Source: Bacillota bacterium
GTDB lineage: Bacteria; Bacillota; Dehalobacteriia; UBA4068
Length of the DNA: 64,000 nt
Assembly: GCA_030527285.1 (NCBI GenBank)
Contig: JAUNBC010000001.1
Coordinates: 80,111 to 144,110 of the forward strand
Direction: 5' to 3'
Shown: positions 58,037-64,000 of the stretch, in pieces
Layout of the letters: every line of letters starts with the position of its first letter
Position numbering within the stretch: the stretch's first letter is position 1
Position numbers and translations under genes: made by a program
The notes under the pieces: model-generated
Databases searched by the model: none
The model's input: the letters and a program-made list of their open reading frames with translations, nothing else
What the model was told of the DNA's origin: nothing

Positions 58037-58099
58037 GCGAAACGCATACAAAAACACGCTGTCCATTTAGGCGGCGTGTTTATTATGTAGAGTAGCTGT

Positions 58100-59221
58100 T
58101 TAGAGCAGGTCTTGGAACAGCGCGCGCGACGGCTCCAAATAGCTGAGATCAGCAGTCGAGCCGGTCTTTTCGCAGATATTGGCGATGGCGGTGCGTTTCT
58201 TGCCCAAGGCGGCGCGGCGCAGTTTGTCGAGATTGCCCTCGGGAAGCTCCTTGAATTCGAGCACGCCCTTGGCGCGAGCTAAGTCGAGCAGCCGCCGTCC
58301 CTTATCGCTGCGCACGATCAGCTGATTCCAGCCCTTGTCGACCTCCCAGCCATCGGCAGAACGCGCGCCGCCCACCGAGACGTCGGCGAATTCGGCGGTC
58401 AAGTCGCTGCAATAGCGGCAATTCTCCTTGACCAGCGGATATACTTCGTCCAGCTCAACTTTATGGCAGGCCTGTTGTTCCTGCAGCTCCAGACAATGAT
58501 ACTTGCTGGGCAAAATATCCATATGCCGCAATTGTTCGCGGTCGCCGTGTCGTTCGGCCAGCTGCTCCAGACCCCGCCAATCGAGACCCCAGCCGCAGAA
58601 CAGGCCGAATACCATCGCCACGTTCTGCACGTGATGATCGTCCTTGTCATATGGCTTGGACAGCATCTTGTATACCGCCAGCGTCTTACACGGAGTGCCG
58701 ACCACGCCTAATTTATGGTAGCGGCCGGCTTGCAGCTCGCGGTTGAGCACGGCCAGCGTCGCCGGTATCTGGAAGCTGCTGCCGGCGCAAGCGCGGATCT
58801 GCTGCTCGGTGGCGGCCAGTACGCCCGCCGCGTCAAGGCTGCCTTGGCTCTTGGTCAGCACGGCCGCGTCAATGAAGCCCTCGGCCAGCGCCAGCGTGAG
58901 CAGGGCGGTCATCGTGCCGCCATGCTGGGCGTTAGCGCGGATACTGCTGTCGGCGGCGCGCGTCAGATACAGGCCGAGAAAAGGACCCAGCTCTGGCAGC
59001 ACGCTGCCGGCGGCGAAGAATTGCTCGCGCAGCGCGGCGATATCCAGCGGCATCCGCGGGCAGAAGGCCAGACAGCGGCCATTCTCGCGGTCGCAGTCGA
59101 AGAAGTGCAGGGTACGCCCCTGATGCGAGCGCCAATAGGGGCATAATTCCTGACAGGCGCCGCAGTTGGCGCACAGGCCGGCTTTGATGACCTTGTTTTC
59201 CAGTTCAATAGTGCTGATCAT
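58100..59221 (-). CDS. FrhB/FdhB-family (F420 hydrogenase beta-like) Fe-S flavoprotein
   Basis: N-terminal CANCGACQELCP, QHGGTMT, VGTPC, GLFC, CRYCSD..AEFADVSVG, GWN. Confidence 0.85.
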   Translation of the reverse strand: MISTIELENKVIKAGLCANCGACQELCPYWRSHQGRTLHFFDCDRENGRCLAFCPRMPLDIAALREQFFAAGSVLPELGPFLGLYLTRAADSSIRANAQHGGTMTALLTLALAEGFIDAAVLTKSQGSLDAAGVLAATEQQIRACAGSSFQIPATLAVLNRELQAGRYHKLGVVGTPCKTLAVYKMLSKPYDKDDHHVQNVAMVFGLFCGWGLDWRGLEQLAERHGDREQLRHMDILPSKYHCLELQEQQACHKVELDEVYPLVKENCRYCSDLTAEFADVSVGGARSADGWEVDKGWNQLIVRSDKGRRLLDLARAKGVLEFKELPEGNLDKLRRAALGKKRTAIANICEKTGSTADLSYLEPSRALFQDLL

Positions 59222-59239
59222 ATTATCCCTCGCTTATCG

Positions 59240-59506
59240 TCAAGTCAAAACTACTAACAGCCCGTTGACCGAGATCGTCAAAAGCTCGGGCGCAGGGTCG
59301 GGTATATAGGTGGCGAGCGGATAATTCAGCCCGCAGAGGCGCTCGTCGATGATGTATTGATAGCCGCCGGCTTTCTTCTGGATGAAGCCGCGCTCATAGA
59401 GCAGGCGGCTGATCTGGTTGAAGGTGATATCCGTGGGCAGCTCCATGTCGATATGGCTGCCGTTGAGCGGATGGAGCAATCTCACTTGCTGCATTTGCTG
59501 GCTCAT
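59240..59506 (-). CDS. 88-aa hypothetical protein, possible beta-grasp (ubiquitin-like) fold
   Basis: RBS AGGAGG; strand-strand-helix pattern VRLLHP..HIDMELP..TFNQISRLL; inside operon. Confidence 0.6.
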   Translation of the reverse strand: MSQQMQQVRLLHPLNGSHIDMELPTDITFNQISRLLYERGFIQKKAGGYQYIIDERLCGLNYPLATYIPDPAPELLTISVNGLLVVLT

Positions 59507-59518
59507 AGTTTCCTCCTG

Positions 59519-60142
59519 TTACAGCTGCTTGACGACGGCGTTATAGCCCATCTCATAGGCCTTTTGATTCAGCTCCAGCAATTCGCCCTTGAAGCGCTGC
59601 CGCAAGGCTGTCTCAAAGTCTTTGCGCTGCATCGGCACGATGTCGAGCGCGGTCAGCGCGCCCATCAGCGCGATATTCGCCGCCTTGGAGCTGCCGGCCT
59701 GCGCGGCGATATCCGCCGCCGCTACCGGGAATACGCCGTCGCACAGTTGGCGCAATTCCGCGTCGATCTGCTCGATCGTCGGATAGCTGTCCTCGCCGAT
59801 CAGTACGCTCAGCGGATACACCGGACGCGGGTCATAGATGACCTTGGTCTGGCCGCTGCCGTATTCGCGCGCCATACGCAGCGATTCCAGCGGCTCGAAG
59901 CCGATGATCACATGAGCCTCGCCCTGCGAGATCAGGACGCCGAGCTCAGTTTGCTGCGAGATGCGGATATGGCTCATCACCGAGCCGCCGCGCTGTGACG
60001 CGCCGTAGGTCTCGCCAATGGCGACGATATAACCGCCCTCGACCATCGAGGAGCCGAGCAGCTCGGAAGCGAGGATATTACCCTGTCCGCCGATGCCGCA
60101 AACCACGATGTTCAACGGGTCATGGCTAAGCCGTTTGCTCAT
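59519..60142 (-). CDS. iorB: Indolepyruvate:ferredoxin oxidoreductase beta subunit
   Basis: GIGGQG, ETYGASQRGGSV, FEPLE, ANIALMG. Confidence 0.88.
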   Translation of the reverse strand: MSKRLSHDPLNIVVCGIGGQGNILASELLGSSMVEGGYIVAIGETYGASQRGGSVMSHIRISQQTELGVLISQGEAHVIIGFEPLESLRMAREYGSGQTKVIYDPRPVYPLSVLIGEDSYPTIEQIDAELRQLCDGVFPVAAADIAAQAGSSKAANIALMGALTALDIVPMQRKDFETALRQRFKGELLELNQKAYEMGYNAVVKQL

Positions 60143-62028
60143 TATTGCTCACCGCCTTCCACCTTGATCGCGCCTGCCGGACAGAGCTTGGCGCAAACGC
60201 CGCAGCCCACGCAGACTACCTCGTCGATCTTGGCCTTGTTATGCTCGAAATCCCATGAATTGCCGGGGCAATTCCAGACCCGCGAGCAGAATTTGCCGCA
60301 GCCGCAGTCCTCGCCGCGGCATATATCGGGATCGACCCATACCTTCTTCCTGACCGCGGATTTGGCGGCCAGCGTAGCGCAGGGCTGACGCAGTATCAGC
60401 ACCTTCATGCCGGTTTGATGCAGCAGCTTGTTCACCAGCTCGGTGGTCTCCTCGACCTCGAAGGGGTCGGCGACGGTCACCGAGCAGCCGATAGCTTCAA
60501 CGATCTTCTGTATTGACAACGGCGGTACTTGGTCGCCCATCGCCGTCAGGCCGGTGCCGGGATGCGGCTGAAAGCCTGTCATCGCCGTAGCCGAATTATC
60601 AAGAATGATGAACAGCATATTGGCGTTATGATATTGGGCGTTGACCAAGCCGGGCAGGGAAGAGTGGAAGAAGGTAGAATCGCCGGCCATCGTCAGCACC
60701 GTCTGCTTGAAGCCGTAGGCCGTGAGCTGACCCAGGCCCTCGGCTGAATTGACGCCGGAGCCCATGCAGTTGATGAAATGATAGCCGTATTGTCCGGCGC
60801 GTTGTCCGGCCATCGTATAGCAGCCGATATCGCCGATCACTACGCCCGGCAGCTCGTCCATCTTCAGCGCGCGCTTGAGCAGGAAGAAGGTGGCGCGATG
60901 CGGGCAGCCGGCGCAGAAGGTCAGCTCGCGCTCCGGCAGCTCTATCGCCTGCTCGACATGGCGGCGCGCATCGGGCAGCGTGGTATGGCAGAAGGCGGCT
61001 ACAGCGCGCTTGACCACGTCAGGAGTCAGCTCGCGTACACGCGGCAGCACAATGCCGGCTTCGCGTCCGGCGATCTCGATGTCAAGACGCAGCTTGCCGC
61101 ATAGCGCCGCGATATTGCGCTCGATAAAGGGATCGACTTCCTCGATCACCAGCAGGCGTTTGCAGGGGCGCAAATGCTCGGCGAGCAGCCGCTCGGGCAG
61201 CGGCCACAGCGAGGCCAGGGTCAGCACGCCGACCTTGCCGGTGAGATCGAGGCTCGTCAGCGCCTCCTGCGTATACAGGCGGCCGGTGCCGCCGGTGATG
61301 ATCAGCGTTTCGGCGCCGGCGGGGCCGGAATAGTGGTTGAACGGATTATCCTCGGCCAATGCGCGGGCGCGGTCTAATTGCTCGAGCATATACTCATGCC
61401 GCCAATTGATGCAGACCATGCGCTCCCACTCGCCGATATGGCGGAACGGACGCTGCGCTTTGGGCAATTCGCCGAGTTTGACTCCGCCGCGTCCGTGGCA
61501 GATGCGCGTGGTAATGCGCACGATCACGATCTGCCCCAGTTGTTCCGAAAGCTCAAAGGCGTAGGGGATGATATCCTTGCTCTCTTGCAGGCTTGACGGC
61601 TCCAAAAGCGGCACGCTGGCGGAGATCGCCATATGCCGCGAATCGAATTCATTGGTGCTGGAATGCGAGCTGGGGTCGTCCGAGGTGACTACCACCAGAC
61701 CGCCCTTGACGCCGGATAAAGCGCCGCAATGCAGGGCGTCGCCGACCACCAGCAGGCCGTTTTGCTTAACGATGCAGATCGAGCGCGCATTGGCAAATGA
61801 AGCGCCCAAACAGGCTTCCAGCGCTACGGTCTCATTGGCCGACCATTCCGCGTAAAAACCGCGCTCTTTGGCGATATTACCGAGTATGCCGAGTATTTGC
61901 GAGGAAGGGGAGCCGGGATAAGAGGCTGCAAAATGTATGCCGGCTTCTACCGCGCCTCTGACTACCGCTTCGTTACCCTGCATCAAGTAGGTCTTGCCGG
62001 GAGCGTCGATCTTGGTCATCCATTCCAT
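60142..62028 (-). CDS. iorA: Indolepyruvate:ferredoxin oxidoreductase alpha subunit
   Basis: GNEA, YPGSPS, FCAGCPH, GDIGC, GDSTFFH..ILDN TPP motif, C-terminal CVGCGVCAKLCP. Confidence 0.9.
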   Translation of the reverse strand: MEWMTKIDAPGKTYLMQGNEAVVRGAVEAGIHFAASYPGSPSSQILGILGNIAKERGFYAEWSANETVALEACLGASFANARSICIVKQNGLLVVGDALHCGALSGVKGGLVVVTSDDPSSHSSTNEFDSRHMAISASVPLLEPSSLQESKDIIPYAFELSEQLGQIVIVRITTRICHGRGGVKLGELPKAQRPFRHIGEWERMVCINWRHEYMLEQLDRARALAEDNPFNHYSGPAGAETLIITGGTGRLYTQEALTSLDLTGKVGVLTLASLWPLPERLLAEHLRPCKRLLVIEEVDPFIERNIAALCGKLRLDIEIAGREAGIVLPRVRELTPDVVKRAVAAFCHTTLPDARRHVEQAIELPERELTFCAGCPHRATFFLLKRALKMDELPGVVIGDIGCYTMAGQRAGQYGYHFINCMGSGVNSAEGLGQLTAYGFKQTVLTMAGDSTFFHSSLPGLVNAQYHNANMLFIILDNSATAMTGFQPHPGTGLTAMGDQVPPLSIQKIVEAIGCSVTVADPFEVEETTELVNKLLHQTGMKVLILRQPCATLAAKSAVRKKVWVDPDICRGEDCGCGKFCSRVWNCPGNSWDFEHNKAKIDEVVCVGCGVCAKLCPAGAIKVEGGEQ

Positions 62029-62279
62029 ATAGGCTTCACCGTTCCTTTCGCTTTACATATTAACATAGGATCGCTGAAAACTCCAGAGGAATCATCGAGA
62101 AAATGATTTTTCGCGCCGTAGGATGGCGCTTAACCGTAAAACTCAAGAGAAGTATCGCTGATAATTTGCATCGCCATAAACAAAGAATACGCCGCGTGGT
62201 TTGCGCCGGCCGTTGTACTGTGATACAATAGGCAAAACGGATGGCGCGAGTTGTCGTCAGATGAGAGGGGGCGGTAAGG

Positions 62280-63176
62280 TTGCTGCTCAGACAGATGAAA
62301 TATTTTGCAGCGGTCGTTGACTGCAACAGCTTCACCGAGGCCGCCGAGCAATGCTATATCTCGCAGTCCGCCATTTCTCAGCAGATACAGGCGCTGGAAA
62401 AAGAGCTGGGCGTGCAGTTGATCGTGCGCCGCAATCGCAGCTTTTCTCTGACGCCTGCCGGAGAATACTTCCACCGTCAGTGCCGCCTGACGCTGGACGA
62501 AATAGACAGCATTTGCCGGGAGACAGTACGCATCGGTCAGGCGGATGAGTCGCGTCTGCGCATCGGTTATCCCAAGAATTACAGCGGACGCGAACTCCAT
62601 GAGGCAGTAGCAGAATTTTCCGGGCTGTACCCGGAGATCGCGATCGACATCGTGGCCGGTACGCATGAGGAGCTGTATGACCTGATCCGTTTCGGCGGCG
62701 TCGATCTTGTCATCAATGACCAGCGGCGCGCCTTTTCAGATGAGTATGAAAACTTCATCCTAAAAGAATGCGATTGTTTCGCTGAAATATCCGGCAACAA
62801 TCCTCTCGCTGACCAAGTGCGATTGACCTTGGATGAGCTAAAGAGAACGCCCTGCATTTTGATCACGCCCCCGGAGCAACGGGATACGGAGCAGAATTAT
62901 TACCGGGACACTCTCGGCTTCGCCGGCAATTTTCTGTTTGCGGAAAACCTCGAGGAAGGCCGTCTGATGGTGCTGGGCAACCGCGGCTTTCTGCCCATTG
63001 AAAACGTTGGTACCCTGCCGCCCGTGATGTCTACTACCAAGAGGATACCGTTGTTCAAAGGAGAGCGCCCCATCAAACGAAACATCTGCGCTTTCTGGCT
63101 GAAGCACGCTACGAATTACTATATTGAAGAATTTGCCACCACGCTGCACCGTCTGATCGAGCAGCGAGAAGCTTAA
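62280..63176 (+). CDS. LysR family regulator
   Basis: SFTEAAEQCYISQSAISQQIQALEKELG. Confidence 0.92.
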   Translation: MLLRQMKYFAAVVDCNSFTEAAEQCYISQSAISQQIQALEKELGVQLIVRRNRSFSLTPAGEYFHRQCRLTLDEIDSICRETVRIGQADESRLRIGYPKNYSGRELHEAVAEFSGLYPEIAIDIVAGTHEELYDLIRFGGVDLVINDQRRAFSDEYENFILKECDCFAEISGNNPLADQVRLTLDELKRTPCILITPPEQRDTEQNYYRDTLGFAGNFLFAENLEEGRLMVLGNRGFLPIENVGTLPPVMSTTKRIPLFKGERPIKRNICAFWLKHATNYYIEEFATTLHRLIEQREA

Positions 63177-63210
63177 GCATAGTCCTGCACAGAGTCCCGA
63201 AAGGGGCTCT

Positions 63211-63352
63211 CAGCGTGTCGATAAACTTCGCAAAAGTTTGTCACAGCGTCCCATCCGTCCTCGGAGTATGTTTTAATACGCCTGCGTCCGGCTGTGCCGC
63301 TGTTCCTGCTTCTGCTCGTTTCTCGGCCCGCTGTACCTTTGTTGATGGTCTG
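63211..63352. mobile_element. Miniature inverted-repeat element (copy 3) with 20-bp target-site duplication
   Basis: Ends CAGCGTGTCGATAAAC / TTTGTTGATGGTCTG flanked by identical AGAGTCCCGAAAGGGGCTCT at 63191-63210 and 63353-63372. Confidence 0.75.
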
Positions 63353-63514
63353 AGAGTCCCGAAAGGGGCTCTGTTTTTTTATTCCCATTCGCATAAGTTG
63401 TACTTATCATAAACGCGCGAAATAAAAATTGTTGTCGCCCGGCGGAGCTTTTATAATATAAAGCGACTTGATATAGTTATCTTATCAGCAGTATGGTAAA
63501 GGAGGAAAGCTGTA

Positions 63515-64000
63515 GTGACAGAGATCAAAAGAAACTTTGGCTTTGGCTGTATGCGTTTGCCCATGCGGGACGGAAAGATAGACACAGAGGAACTCACCCG
63601 GATGGTGGGCGCATTCATGGAAAACGGCTTCAACTATTTTGACACGGCGCATCCATATCATGGCGGAGAAAGTGAAAAGGCATTAAAAACATGCCTGACC
63701 AGCCGTTATCCAAAAGACAGCTATATTTTCACAGATAAGCTGTCTACTCATAACTTTACCAAGCAGGAGGACATACGCCCGCTGTTTGCCAGCCAGCTTG
63801 CGGCCTGCGGCGTGGAATACTTCGATTACTACCTGATGCACGCGCAGAGCGCCGATCTCTTTGCTAAATTCAAACGCTGCCGCGCTTATGAGACGGCGCT
63901 GGAATTTCTGGCCGAGGGGAGGATAAAGCATTTCGGCATCTCCTTCCACGACAAGGCTGCGGTGCTGGAGCAGATACTCACCGAGTACCCGCAAATTGAA
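63515..64000 (+). CDS. Aldo/keto reductase, 3'-truncated by window edge
   Basis: RBS AAAGGAGG, GTG start, FGFGCMRLP, NYFDTAHPYHGGESE, DYYLMH, GISFH. Confidence 0.9.
   Translation, partial: MTEIKRNFGFGCMRLPMRDGKIDTEELTRMVGAFMENGFNYFDTAHPYHGGESEKALKTCLTSRYPKDSYIFTDKLSTHNFTKQEDIRPLFASQLAACGVEYFDYYLMHAQSADLFAKFKRCRAYETALEFLAEGRIKHFGISFHDKAAVLEQILTEYPQIE

Overview
GC-rich chromosomal window from an anaerobic, probably endospore-forming Bacillota (Clostridia-like) bacterium; the taxon is inferred from gene content. 1-17.6 kb is an energy-metabolism block: hypF-C-D-E, a 12-gene membrane-bound group 4 [NiFe]-hydrogenase operon with a complex-I-like 11-subunit core (three antiporter-like subunits) plus a maturation protease, and a four-subunit 2-oxoacid:ferredoxin oxidoreductase. 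The middle holds housekeeping genes (CopA, PPi-type PFK, MATE, 3 tRNAs, dnaD/dnaC-like, dinG, folE, lepB, surE, an EF-G paralogue, xerD-deoB-punA-pdp), a Na+-pumping methylmalonyl-CoA decarboxylase operon and sporulation-type genes. The right end has LysR/NSS transporter, pit/DUF47, a double-HTH protein and an iorA-iorB-(beta-grasp-like protein)-frhB-like operon. No prophage, transposase or CRISPR array is visible. The best candidates for undescribed biology are (i) three tiny hydrophobic peptide genes at 33550-33943, divergent from an Lrp regulator, two of them 22-aa paralogues showing a purifying-selection pattern; (ii) the iorAB/small protein/FrhB-like operon; and (iii) a family of miniature inverted-repeat elements, one flanked by an exact 20-bp duplication of a terminator hairpin. 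Several small ORFs missed by the ORF track were read directly from the DNA. All protein calls rest on motif recognition, not database searches.
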